From positions 128,001 through 192,000 of the forward strand of contig CAWDXE010000003.1 in the NCBI GenBank assembly GCA_963806185.1: 64,000 nucleotides of DNA, given 5' to 3'. Positions within the stretch are counted from its first letter, which is position 1, and each line of letters begins with the position of its first letter. Below the pieces are notes generated by a model, which saw only the letters and a program-made list of their open reading frames with translations, made no database searches and was not told the origin of the DNA. The translations under genes and the position numbers were made by a program. Below, piece by piece: positions 37,639-47,872 of this stretch. This DNA is from an uncultured candidate division Zixibacteria bacterium (GTDB lineage Bacteria > Zixibacteria > MSB-5A5 > GN15 > FEB-12).

Positions 37639-40314
37639 CTACCCCATCATCTGCCGGAGCACGTATGGTAGGACGCCGCCGTGACGATAGTAGTCGACCT
37701 CAATGGCGGTATCGATCCGCACTAATGCGTGGAAGGTGATCTCACCGTTCTTGCCCAGGGCGCGCACTTTGACTTTCTGGTGCGGGCGGATGTCGTTCGA
37801 CAAGCCGTCAATCGTAAACAGTTCGTCGCCGGTGAGGCCAAGTGATTCGCGCGTGTCGCCATTGAGGAATTGCAACGGCAGTACGCCCATCCCGATCAGG
37901 TTGGAGCGGTGGATACGTTCGTAGCTCTGTGCGATCACCGCCTTGACGCCCAGCAGTAGAGTTCCCTTGGCGGCCCAGTCGCGCGACGAACCCATGCCGT
38001 AATCTTTGCCCGCAAGGACGATGAGCGGCACGCCCTCTTTCTGATATTTCATCGAGGCGTCGTAAATCGACATCGTCTCGCCGGTCGGCAGATAGTTGGT
38101 GACGCCGCCCTCGGAGCCGGGGACCATCAGATTGCGCAGGCGAATATTGGCGAAGGTGCCGCGCGTCATGATCCGGTCATTGCCGCGGCGGGAACCGTAT
38201 GAATTGAAATCGGCAAACTGGACACCGTGTTCCATCAGGAACCGTCCAGCCGGAGAGTCGGCTTTGATCGATCCGGCCGGTGAGATGTGGTCGGTCGTGA
38301 TCGAGTCGCCGAACATGCCAAGCACGCGGGCGTCGCGAATCGGCTGAATGTCGCCCGGCTTCTTGGCCATGTCGATAAAGAAGGGCGGCTCCTGAATGTA
38401 GGTCGACTTGGCATTCCAGGCGTAGATTTCACTCTTGGGGGCTTTGATAGCATTCCAGGTTTCGTTGCCGGTGAAGACCGAGGCATACTGTTTGCGAAAG
38501 AGTTCCGGGGTGACCGCTTTTTGGATGGTCGCCATGACTTCTTTGGGGGTCGGCCATATGTCTTTCAGATAGACCGGTTTGCCGGCTTTGTCGGTGCCGA
38601 TTGGTTCGTTGACCAGATCGATATCGATGGTGCCGGCCAGTGCGTAGGCAACCACCAAGCGGCGGCGACGCCAGATAATTGGCGCGGGTCAGCGGATTGA
38701 CACGACCCTCGAAATTGCGATTGCCGGAAAGAACGGCGGAGGCGACGAGCTTCCCTTCGTTGATGGCATTCGCCACCGGTTCCGGGAGCGGGCCGGAGTT
38801 ACCGATGCAGGTGGTGCAGCCGAAGCCGACATTGTGGAAACCGAGTTTTTCGAGCGGTTCGAGCAGTTGGGCCGCTTTCAGATATTCAATGACGACGCGC
38901 GAGCCGGGAGCAAGAGACGTCTTCACCCACGGCTTCACGTTCAGCCCCTTCTCCACCGCCTTCTTTGCGAGCAGACCAGATGCTACGAGGACATACGGAT
39001 CGGAGGTGTTGGTGCAGGAAGTGATCGCCGCGATCACGACGGCACCGTGGCCGATTTCGGCCCGATAACCGTTCTGAATGATGGCCGTAGAGTTCTGTTC
39101 GGCAGCTTTCAGTTCAAAGCCGCGATCTTTGATCGGCTTGCTGAGCGAATCGCGGAAATCCTGTTTCACGGCGGAGAGCCGGACACGATCCTGCGGCCGT
39201 TTCGGGCCGGCGAGGGATGGTTCGACGGTGGAAAGATCGAGTTCGAGTATGTCGGTGTATTCCGGAGCGGCGGCACCTTTGGCACGGTAGAGCCCTTGCT
39301 CTTTGGTGTAACGTTCAACGAGATCGATATCGTCGTCGCTGCGACCAGTGAGACGCATGTAGTCGAGGGTCGATTGATCGACCGGGAAATAGCCGATGGT
39401 GGCGCCGTATTCAGGCGCCATGTTGGCGATCATCGCTTTGACCGGGAGAGTCAAATCATCGAGGGCGTCGCCGAAGTATTCGACAAATTTCCCGACCACC
39501 CCTCTTTTGCGCAGAAGTCTGAGTGACGGTCAGGACGACGTCAGTGCCGGTAGCACCTTCGTTCAGTTTACCGGTCAGTTTGAATCCGATCACCTCGGGC
39601 ATCAGCATGTACAGCGGCTGGCCAAGCATGACTGCCTCGGCTTCGATGCCACCCACACCCCAGCCCACGACGCCGAGGCCGTTGATCATGGTCGTGTGCG
39701 AGTCGGTTCCAACAAGAGTGTCCGGAAACGCGGTGCCGTTGGCGGTCATGACTGACCTTGGCGAGATATTCCAGGTTAACCTGGTGAACGATGCCGGTCG
39801 CCGGCGGGACGACGCGGAAATTGTTGAAGGCGTCCTGTCCCCAGTGGAGAAATTCGTATCGCTCGTTGTTGCGCTCGAACTCCTTTAGCATGTTCAGTTC
39901 AAGCGCTTTGTCGGAAGCGTAGACGTCGACCTGCACCGAGTGATCGATCACCAGATCGACCGGCACGAGCGGGTTGATTCGTTTTGGATCACCACCCATC
40001 CGTTTGATAGCGGAGCGCATCGCGGCCAGATCAACCACCGCCGGAACACCGGTGAAATCCTGAAGGATCACGCGCGCCGGTTTGAAGGGGATTTCGATTT
40101 CGCCGACTTTCTTCGGATTATAGGCGGCCGCCGCGGCGACGTCGCTTTCCGTGATCACTTTGCCGTCGAGATTGCGATAAACCGCTTCGAGCAGGATCCG
40201 AATCGAGTACGGCAAGCGGTCGATCTTACCATATTTCCCCAGATTGCTCAAGGGATAGAATTTGTACGAATTCTTCTTGGTCTTAAGAGTGGCCGTCGAA
40301 TTATTTGCAGACAT
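37639..40314 (-). CDS. acnA: Aconitate hydratase A (three +1 frameshifts near 39753, 39519 and 38657)
   Basis: [39 protein letters not shown] / GTDSHTTM / [21 protein letters not shown] / [22 protein letters not shown] across four ORFs; AAGGAGG RBS. Confidence 0.95.
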
Positions 40315-40533
40315 GCTGTTGCCTCCTTCAGGACGAACCGGACGGGTACACAATATTGCCGCCAGTATATACAACAGGTGGGAGCAATTCAAGCAGTTCC
40401 CGGATTAGTTTGCCGCGGAGTGAGCAGATGAGGTTTTCACTTGGAGCCGATTGCGGAACCGGTTATGTTCCCGCCGGTTAACGGAGTTGAATTTCGGCCA
40501 CCAGATTGCCATTAGTAGTCGGCGAGTGTACTC

Positions 40534-41424
40534 ATGTTCGTGAAGCAAATCACTAGTGACCGCTTGATAGTCGGCGCACCGGCCAAGGTAAACCTGTTCC
40601 TGCAGGTACTCAACAGGCGCGAGGACGGCTACCACAACATCAATTCTCTGTTTCAGGCGGTTTCGCTCTTTGACCGGCTGACATTTACGCGCACCGAGAC
40701 ACCCGGAATCCGAATCGAGGTACAGGGGGCGAACGGCTTGTCCGCGGGGGACGACAACCTGGTGGCGAAGGCGTATCGGCTGATGGCAGCGGAGTTTGGG
40801 TTGCATGGTGGGTTGCAGATCCACCTGGAGAAAAACATTCCGATTGCGGCCGGTTTGGCTGGGGGGTCGACCGATGGCGCAGCCACGTTGCTTGCCTGTA
40901 ATCTATTGTATAACTTGAAATTAAAGAGGTCGAGACTGGCTGAATTGGCCCTGCTAATAGGGTCTGATCTCCCATTCTTTTTTTCGTCTGGACAGGCGCT
41001 GGTTTCAGGACGCGGAGAGGTTGTCCGTGAGGTCTCTTTGCCCACAGATTATTGGATGGCTCTGGTGACCCCGGCAATGGGGGTGTCGACGCCGGAGGCC
41101 TACCGGTCACTGGGAAGGGGCTTGACAATCGGGGGTTCTGTTCTTACTTTGGCAGACTGCCGCAATGTAGGTGAGCTCCTTGCCGCGCTTGAGCTTTCGG
41201 GGAATGACTTCGAGCAAGCGCCGCTCTTGTCGCAGCCGATTTTTGGTGAGATCAAGAGCGCATTGAAGCAACAAGGTGCGGTCATCACGCGACTGAGCGG
41301 TTCAGGTCCGACGGTTTTCGGCCTGTTTGCCGAAATGCCGTCGCTTGAACGAGAAGCGGAGCTGTTCCGTCCCGAGTGGACGGTGCACACGGTGCGGCCG
41401 ATATTGCTTCCGACGATCGACTAG
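40534..41424 (+). CDS. ispE: 4-diphosphocytidyl-2-C-methyl-D-erythritol kinase
   Basis: APAKVNLFL, RREDGYH, KNIPIAAGLAGGS, GSDLPFF, SGSGPTVF. Confidence 0.96.
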   Translation: MFVKQITSDRLIVGAPAKVNLFLQVLNRREDGYHNINSLFQAVSLFDRLTFTRTETPGIRIEVQGANGLSAGDDNLVAKAYRLMAAEFGLHGGLQIHLEKNIPIAAGLAGGSTDGAATLLACNLLYNLKLKRSRLAELALLIGSDLPFFFSSGQALVSGRGEVVREVSLPTDYWMALVTPAMGVSTPEAYRSLGRGLTIGGSVLTLADCRNVGELLAALELSGNDFEQAPLLSQPIFGEIKSALKQQGAVITRLSGSGPTVFGLFAEMPSLEREAELFRPEWTVHTVRPILLPTID

Positions 41425-41457
41425 CGGGTGTGCGAGCAATCCGCGGTGTCATAGATT

Positions 41458-41529
41458 TGGGGCGTCGTCAAGCGGTAAGACAGCAGCCTTTGGAGCTGCG
41501 ATTCCCAGGTTCGAATCCTGGCGCCCCAG
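41458..41529 (+). tRNA. tRNA-Gln(UUG)
   Basis: Acceptor stem TGGGGCG/CGCCCCA, anticodon arm GCAGC-CT-TTG-GA-GCTGC, T-arm CCAGG-TTCGAAT-CCTGG; CCA not encoded; conserved ispE-tRNA-Gln-prs context. Confidence 0.97.
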
Positions 41530-41608
41530 TAAAGCAGGGATGGACAAGACAGCGACCTGACAACGCAGGCCAGGCCAAATGGATGACAGCATTGGGTGAG
41601 TGCAGGCT

Positions 41609-42574
41609 ATGATCATTCGCAGTGACATCAAAGTGGTGACGGGTAATTCCAACGCCGGGTTGGCTCAGAAGATCGCCAATTACATTGGCATCGGGCTGAC
41701 CGATTGCACCGTGACAAAGTTCTCCGACGGTGAAGTGTTCGTGCAGATCAACGAGAACATCCGCGGTGCGGACCTGTTTATCGTACAGCCGACCAATCCG
41801 CCGGCGGAGACGTTGATGGAGCTGCTCATGTTGATCGAGGCTTCGCGACGGGCTTCAGCCATGCGTATCACGGCGGTCATTCCGTACTACGGGTATGCCC
41901 GGCAGGATCGCAAGGATCGTCCGCGAGTGCCGATTACGGCCAAGCTGGTGGCCAACCTGATTACGACGGCCGGCGCGGACCGCATTATGACGATGGATTT
42001 ACACGCCAGCCAGATTCAGGGATTCTTTGACCTGCCGCACGACCACTTGTATTCGGCGCAGGTGTTTAACGAATATTTCCGCAAATTGAACCTGGAACCG
42101 CTTACCATTGTGTGCCCGGATGTCGGCGGCTTGAAACTGGCACGCAGTACCTCGGCAGCGCTCAACGCCGAACTCGCGATTGTTGACAAGCGTCGCCCGA
42201 AAGCCAATTTCTCCGAAGTGATGAACCTGATTGGCGAAGTGAAGGGGCGTAATGTTCTTATCCGCGACGACATGGTCGACACGGGTGGTTCAATCTGCCA
42301 GGCGGCCCACTACCTGAAGGAACGGGGCGCCAAAGATATATACGCGGCGGCCACGCATGGTGTGCTGTCGGGGCAGGCTATCGAGAGGATTATGAAATCA
42401 CCGATCAAGCGGATGGTGATTTCGGATTCAATCGATCAGACGCGCCGGACATTGCCGGAGAAATTTGAAGTACTGACTTGCGCCCCGCTGATCGGCGAGG
42501 CGATAAAACGCATATTCGAGGAACAATCGGTTTCGTCGCTCTTTGAAGAGGTACAGCCGGTTCGCGAACCGTGA
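41609..42574 (+). CDS. prs: Ribose-phosphate pyrophosphokinase
   Basis: FSDGE, PYYGYARQDRK, MDLHASQIQGFF, PDVGG, DDMVDTGGS. Confidence 0.97.
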   Translation: MIIRSDIKVVTGNSNAGLAQKIANYIGIGLTDCTVTKFSDGEVFVQINENIRGADLFIVQPTNPPAETLMELLMLIEASRRASAMRITAVIPYYGYARQDRKDRPRVPITAKLVANLITTAGADRIMTMDLHASQIQGFFDLPHDHLYSAQVFNEYFRKLNLEPLTIVCPDVGGLKLARSTSAALNAELAIVDKRRPKANFSEVMNLIGEVKGRNVLIRDDMVDTGGSICQAAHYLKERGAKDIYAAATHGVLSGQAIERIMKSPIKRMVISDSIDQTRRTLPEKFEVLTCAPLIGEAIKRIFEEQSVSSLFEEVQPVREP

Positions 42575-42608
42575 AATAATTGACTCGTTTGGAGGATAGA
42601 CACAGACC

Positions 42609-43391
42609 ATGAAAGACGTTATGATTGCGGCGAGCGCCCGTACCGTCGACGGTAAGGGCGGAGCCCGCCGGACGCGAGCCGAAGGTCGGATTCCCGGGGT
42701 TATCTACGGCCCGGAAACCGAGCCGAAAGCGGTCGCGGTGGAAGAGAAGGAAATGCGCCGCGCCATGAAGATGGGTTCGGGCGCAGGCCAGATTTACACC
42801 ATGGCGATCGATGGCGTGCAGACCAAGGTAGTGCTTCGCGACATCCAACGCGATCCACTCACCACGCGGGCATTGCATATTGATTTCCATGCCATCTCGA
42901 TGACCCGGCCGATCAATATCTCGATTCCGATTCACTTCACCGGCATAGCCAAGGGCGTGAAGTCGGAAGGCGGCATTATGCAGGTCACGCAGCGCGAGCT
43001 GGAAATCGCCTGCCTGCCGGTCAATATTCCGGATCACTTCGAAGTTGACGTGTCCGAACTGGGGATCGGCGATTCGATTCACGTTCGTGACATCTCCATT
43101 CCGAACGTAAAATTCCTCGATGAACTTGACCAGACGATCGTGGTGATTTCGGCTCCGACAATCATCAAGAGTGAGCTCCCGGCGGCGGGTGCGGAAGGTG
43201 CTGTCGAGGGCGAGGTTCCGGCCGAGGGTGCGGCTGCGGCTCCGGGTGCTGCCGGCGCGGCTCCGGGTGCTGCTGGAGCAGCTCCGGCTGCGGCGGGTGC
43301 GAAACCGGCTGCGGGCGCGAAACTGGCTGCGGGCGCCAAGCCGGCTGCAGGTGGCAAGACGGAAGAAAAGAAGGGAGAAAAGAAGAAGTAG
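42609..43391 (+). CDS. rplY: 50S ribosomal protein L25/Ctc with long Ala/Gly/Pro/Lys tail
   Basis: GKG.ARR.R..G.IPGVIYG, IQRDP....LHIDF, L.IGDSIHV.D. Confidence 0.95.
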   Translation: MKDVMIAASARTVDGKGGARRTRAEGRIPGVIYGPETEPKAVAVEEKEMRRAMKMGSGAGQIYTMAIDGVQTKVVLRDIQRDPLTTRALHIDFHAISMTRPINISIPIHFTGIAKGVKSEGGIMQVTQRELEIACLPVNIPDHFEVDVSELGIGDSIHVRDISIPNVKFLDELDQTIVVISAPTIIKSELPAAGAEGAVEGEVPAEGAAAAPGAAGAAPGAAGAAPAAAGAKPAAGAKLAAGAKPAAGGKTEEKKGEKKK

Positions 43392-43418
43392 TTCTTCTTT
43401 TTCCTTGGAGCGATACGC

Positions 43419-43451
43419 AAACACCGTCGAGGCAACTCGGCGGTGTTTTTT
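43419..43451 (+). terminator. Intrinsic terminator after rplY
   Basis: AAACACCGTCGAG-GCAA-CTCGGCGGTGTTTTTT. Confidence 0.9.
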
Positions 43452-43519
43452 ATTGAGTAGTGATCACTGTCTCGCAAGGCGTGCCGTGCGATCGCGTGGT
43501 CGAGAGAGCGGTGGACACT

Positions 43520-43605
43520 GAGATCCTGAAGCATAGGAATGCTTCAGGATGACGATTCCAATGGGGCTTCAGGATGACGAGGGAGGGCGAATGATTCGGG
43601 ATGAA
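43520..43605. repeat. REP-like palindrome with repeated TTCAGGATGAC end motif
   Basis: Perfect 12-bp stem ATCCTGAAGCAT-AGGA-ATGCTTCAGGAT (43523-43550); GCTTCAGGATGAC repeated at 43566-43578; degenerate TTCGGGATGA near 43596. Confidence 0.55.
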
Positions 43606-43667
43606 GAGGGGGTGGCCGACGCACGAGACGTACGCCGGCCACAAATCGCAATCGGGATGCTTCTACC

Positions 43668-45398
43668 TCACTTCCACACACCCATCGCCTGCCCAATGAG
43701 TGAGGGCGGGATCGAGCCTTCGGCCAGCATGGCGTCGTAGAAATCCTTCTCGGAGAAATCGGCGCCGTCGCGTAATTCCACGGCTTCCTTGAGCCGCTCG
43801 ATCTCCCGTTTCCCGACCAGATAGGTCATCGGCATAGTTGGTTGCATCGTATATTTCCGCACCTGCTTGCGCAAATAGATCTTCTCGGCGTCGGTGTCGG
43901 CGTCGAGTGCTTTCTGCATCCAATCGACGCACTGTTCATAGGTGAACTGGCCAGTGTGCAGTTTCACGTCGGCAATGATGCGCGCTGCGCGGAAGCGAAT
44001 GCCACCCAGGATGCCGAGCCACTGGGCCGGATCCTCGCGTCCGAATATGCCGGTGTCGTACATCATTTCTTCGCAATAGAGCGCCCACCCCTCGATCAGC
44101 AGGTTATTATGCTGCCATTTGCGGACCGGATCGGGATTCATGCCGGCTACCTGCATCTGCAGGTGATGTCCCGGGAAGGCCTCGTGCACGACCGATCCTT
44201 TGAAGCCGCGACGGTGGACGTATCTAAAAAATGCCTCGAGCTGATTGCGATCCAGTGAATCAGGCAGGGGGCGGACATAAAATATTCCGCGTTGATCGCG
44301 ATCGAACGGTCCGGCCGGCTGATAGGCGATACCGGCGACCATGCTGCGAAGGAACGGCGGTGTCTCGATGACGGTGACCGGCGCGATACTGTCGGGTACG
44401 GTAAGAATTTCGTGCTTGTCGAGGAAGATTTTGACCTGTTCGCACTCCCAGTTGTAGTACCGCATGATATCTTCGCGCGTGAAATTGGCCGGCACGAATA
44501 CGGAATCCTGACCGTTCTGGTGATTCTCCTCGACATACGTTTGATATTCACGGAAGTTCTTGTCGGCTTCCGCGAAAAGGGCCTCACCCATGCGCAGGAG
44601 TGAATCGGCATCGAACGGGAGATAATAGAAATTCTTCAGCAGATAATCGAAGGTGGGCTTGCCGGCGGCGAAGAGCGAATCCGAGCCGATCGGCATGGCT
44701 GAGATATACATTTTGAATTCGTTCATCGCCTCGCGGGCGGATGCGGCGGCCGCGCCGATATCATTGGCACGTTTGGGAAATTGTGCACTGAGGTCGGCGG
44801 CGACGTCGCGGAAAAACTCCGCGCCGGACTCGAGGGACTCGACGGCCGCTTCAATGAACACTTTCGGCGGCGGCTGCAGATTTTCGCGGGCCGTCTTAAA
44901 GAGACTGCCAATGTCCTCAAACCGTGATATAATAGCGGAGAGTTTCCCCTGCATGGGAGCTGAGTTCGAGAGCATCAAGAAGTAGATACCATTGACCGCT
45001 TCGTCGACATACAATTGCGGCGATTTGGTGTGCCAGGAGAGCAACTGCAGATCGGCCAGCGCCGAGGCAATATCGGCCTGCAGAAGCTTGACGTCGATCC
45101 GATCCTTCGTCTCCATTCCGGCCTGGGAAAGGGCATTCAGGCGCCGCTGGAAACCCTGTAGATTCCGCACCATCTTGCCGACGGAGGATTTGGAGTAATT
45201 GGCCAGATGGGCATCGTAGTCGTGAATACCCATTTCGGTGGCTGTGACTGGATAGAACGATTGCAGGTTCGTCAGGATTTCGGTGGAGAGTGTCTCGAGC
45301 GGTGAGCGCTTCTCCTTCTTCGTCTTGGCCTCCCCCGTCGGCGCGATCAGCAGGGTGAGCGCTGTAGTCGCAAGGATTATAGCCTTCAGCAAACGCAT
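43668..45398 (-). CDS. DUF885 family exported protein (putative metallopeptidase)
   Basis: Signal peptide; HEAFPGHHLQ, EGWALYCE, RAARII.DV.LH, Y.VG. Confidence 0.9.
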   Translation of the reverse strand: MRLLKAIILATTALTLLIAPTGEAKTKKEKRSPLETLSTEILTNLQSFYPVTATEMGIHDYDAHLANYSKSSVGKMVRNLQGFQRRLNALSQAGMETKDRIDVKLLQADIASALADLQLLSWHTKSPQLYVDEAVNGIYFLMLSNSAPMQGKLSAIISRFEDIGSLFKTARENLQPPPKVFIEAAVESLESGAEFFRDVAADLSAQFPKRANDIGAAAASAREAMNEFKMYISAMPIGSDSLFAAGKPTFDYLLKNFYYLPFDADSLLRMGEALFAEADKNFREYQTYVEENHQNGQDSVFVPANFTREDIMRYYNWECEQVKIFLDKHEILTVPDSIAPVTVIETPPFLRSMVAGIAYQPAGPFDRDQRGIFYVRPLPDSLDRNQLEAFFRYVHRRGFKGSVVHEAFPGHHLQMQVAGMNPDPVRKWQHNNLLIEGWALYCEEMMYDTGIFGREDPAQWLGILGGIRFRAARIIADVKLHTGQFTYEQCVDWMQKALDADTDAEKIYLRKQVRKYTMQPTMPMTYLVGKREIERLKEAVELRDGADFSEKDFYDAMLAEGSIPPSLIGQAMGVWK

Positions 45399-45465
45399 GA
45401 TGTCTCCTTTACTTTGTCGCTTCACCTTGGGGGCGCCCCATCCCTGGAACGATGTCCCAGCCGCG

Positions 45466-46818
45466 TCATCGGCTGAATCGGGCAACCAATTCGACATGTC
45501 GCGTGTGCGGAAACATGTCAACCGGCGTCAGGTTATGCAATTGATACCCTGCCCCGACGAGTAATGCGGCGTCGCGAGCGAATGTAGTCGGGTTACACGA
45601 AACATAGACCAACTTCGGCGGTCCGAGTTCGACAACCCGGGGAATAACCTTTGGATGCAAGCCGGCGCGCGGCGGGTCGAGCACCACGATATCCGGCTTT
45701 TGTCGCGTACGGTCGGCAAGGTACGCTTTCACATCCCCTTCCACAAATTCAATATTCTCAACGCCGTTCAGTTGCGCGTTTTCGCGGGCCGCCAAAATGG
45801 CGGCCGGAACCAACTCAACACCGACAACCTCTTTTACACGCTCGGCCGCCAGAATGCCTATCGCTCCCGTACCACAATACAAGTCCATCAGGATCTCGTC
45901 CGGTGACGGCATCATGGCCTCGATGGTCAGGCGATAGAGCGTCTCCGTCTGGACGCTATTGGTCTGGAAAAACGAATTGGCCCGAATGCGGAAAGTCTTG
46001 TCAAACAGTTGCTCCTGAATGTAACCCGGGCCAAATAGTACCTGTTCGGTCTCCCCTACCGCGATGTTCGATTTCTGGCCATTCTGGTTGTGAACGATGG
46101 TAGCGATCGCAGGAAAGGCGGCGAAGAGACCGCCGACGAAATCATCCTGATGCGGCAGATCGCCGAAGTTGGTCACCAGATTGACCATGATCTCACCGGT
46201 TCGTTTGGCCTCGCGGATGGCCAGGAACCGGAGATAGCCTGTGTGCGAACGGATATCGTATACCGGGACTTCCCGACGGGCGGCAAATTCCCGTACCCAG
46301 TGCAGGATGCCATTGGCGCCTTCCGATGTCAGCCAGCACACACCTATATCAAAGATATCGTCAAATCGGCCCCGGCGGTGCAGCCCCAGGGTGAAACGGC
46401 CGTCGCCCTCGGTGTGAAACGAGAATTCCATCTTATTCCGATAATGAAATACTTCTCTGGCCCCGACGATCGGGTGAACGGGGATGCCCGTGAGACCGCC
46501 GATCCGCTCGATCGAATCGGTGACGTGTTTCATTTTGAAACGAAGCTGCTGGTCGTACGCCAGATCCTGCCAGGCGCACCCCCCGCAGATGCCGGCATTG
46601 AAGTGCTCGCACGGTGCCTCGACGCGCAGTTCTGACCTGGTCGTGATTTCTTCGACCAGCCCGACGTTGTAGCGGGGTTTCGACTTGATGATGCGGGCAC
46701 GAACCGTTTCGCCAGGGAGTCCGGCATCGAGAAAGACCACCTTGCCGTCAATATGCCCGACTGATTTTCCGTCAAACGCAAGATCAGTGATTTCTACAGA
46801 TACCAGTTTTTCGGACAA
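45466..46818 (-). CDS. rlmD: 23S rRNA m5U1939 methyltransferase
   Basis: TRAM domain, C.HF...CGGC..Q, YRNKMEF, SFFQTN, DLYCGTG, DPPRAG, YVSCNP, DMFPHT.HVE. Confidence 0.93.
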   Translation of the reverse strand: MSEKLVSVEITDLAFDGKSVGHIDGKVVFLDAGLPGETVRARIIKSKPRYNVGLVEEITTRSELRVEAPCEHFNAGICGGCAWQDLAYDQQLRFKMKHVTDSIERIGGLTGIPVHPIVGAREVFHYRNKMEFSFHTEGDGRFTLGLHRRGRFDDIFDIGVCWLTSEGANGILHWVREFAARREVPVYDIRSHTGYLRFLAIREAKRTGEIMVNLVTNFGDLPHQDDFVGGLFAAFPAIATIVHNQNGQKSNIAVGETEQVLFGPGYIQEQLFDKTFRIRANSFFQTNSVQTETLYRLTIEAMMPSPDEILMDLYCGTGAIGILAAERVKEVVGVELVPAAILAARENAQLNGVENIEFVEGDVKAYLADRTRQKPDIVVLDPPRAGLHPKVIPRVVELGPPKLVYVSCNPTTFARDAALLVGAGYQLHNLTPVDMFPHTRHVELVARFSR

Positions 46819-46827
46819 TTGCGGCCC

Positions 46828-47745
46828 CTAATGCGAGCGATGATGTTGGTGGTTGCATAGCAGATCAGCCCGTTCGCAGTCGAGACATTCGAGCTGGATG
46901 GTACAGTGGTCGATGCCGAACCGTTGGAGCAGGAGCGCGTTAACCTTCCCCACTAGCTCACCGTTGAGTCGCAAATCATTTTGCTCGACACAGACGTGGC
47001 AGGAGAGCGCGATCTGATGGGAGGACAGGGACCAGATATGAAGATCGTGAACGTCTTTGACGCCTTCCAGGGCGGCAATCGCCGAGTGCACCTGGTCGAA
47101 ATCAATATTTGCCGGGACGCTCTCCAGCAGAATCATGGTCGCCTCTTTGATTACCGAGAACGACGACCAGAGAATGGCGAGCCCGATGAGGGCCGAGAGA
47201 ATGACATCGATGATTGTCCAGCCGGTGACAAGAATGACAATGCCGCCGATAATCACGGCCACCGACGAAGCGGTATCATAGGCCATGTGCAAAAAAGCCG
47301 CCTTCATGTTGAGCGACTTTCCCCGCTCCGACGCGAGGAACCATACGGACAGCAGGTTGCCCAACAGGCCGATGCATGCCACACTGAGGAAGATAACGGG
47401 ATGACTCAACGCCTGAGGGTTGATCAGGCGGTAATACGCTTCTCTGAAGATGAAAATGGCGATGACCACCAACGACACGGCGGAAATAAGGGCGGTCATG
47501 ACCTCGACTCGTTTCAGCCCATACGTCGAAGTCTTCGTGGCGGGCCGCTGGGCTCCGATCACACCCAGCCAGGCAAGGACCAGAGCCGCAACGTCGGAGA
47601 GATTGTGAACGGCGTCCGCGAGCAGAGCCAGATATCCCGACACGAGGCCGCCTATGAATTCAGCCAGCGTGATGACGGCGTTGAGCAAAATGGTCAGGGC
47701 CAGCTTGCCGCGACTGGTCTCAATATGGGGATGTCCGACGCTCAT
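46828..47745 (-). CDS. Cation diffusion facilitator (CzcD/ZitB-like)
   Basis: LALLADAVHNLSD, TYG..R.E, SLNMKAAFLH...D, VHDLHIWSL. Confidence 0.92.
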   Translation of the reverse strand: MSVGHPHIETSRGKLALTILLNAVITLAEFIGGLVSGYLALLADAVHNLSDVAALVLAWLGVIGAQRPATKTSTYGLKRVEVMTALISAVSLVVIAIFIFREAYYRLINPQALSHPVIFLSVACIGLLGNLLSVWFLASERGKSLNMKAAFLHMAYDTASSVAVIIGGIVILVTGWTIIDVILSALIGLAILWSSFSVIKEATMILLESVPANIDFDQVHSAIAALEGVKDVHDLHIWSLSSHQIALSCHVCVEQNDLRLNGELVGKVNALLLQRFGIDHCTIQLECLDCERADLLCNHQHHRSH

Positions 47746-47824
47746 ACAATACTATATAACAACTGGAGCGGCCCCAGGGACAGCAGAAATTGACGCTGGC
47801 CATCTTCTCCCCCAGATAGCACAA

Positions 47825-47847
47825 CGGCCCGCCAGAGGCGGGCCGCG
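47825..47847 (-). terminator. Hairpin after the sigma54 regulator
   Basis: CGGCCCGCC-AGA-GGCGGGCCG. Confidence 0.55.
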
Positions 47848-47872
47848 TAAGGTCTATATCGGTGCTCTGCAC

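Noticed and set aside
2688..40314. Calling dnaB, udg, gatB, fbaA and acnA pseudogenes
   Set aside because: Catalytic motifs are intact and each break is a single-base shift. Some of these genes are essential, so sequencing error is more likely.
42405..43424. 339-aa minus-strand ORF with Arg/Ser repeats
   Set aside because: Antisense to prs/rplY. Its repeats mirror the L25 tail.
43520..43605. Possible mini CRISPR array
   Set aside because: Only 2-3 copies of about 13 bp with short spacers, and no cas genes.
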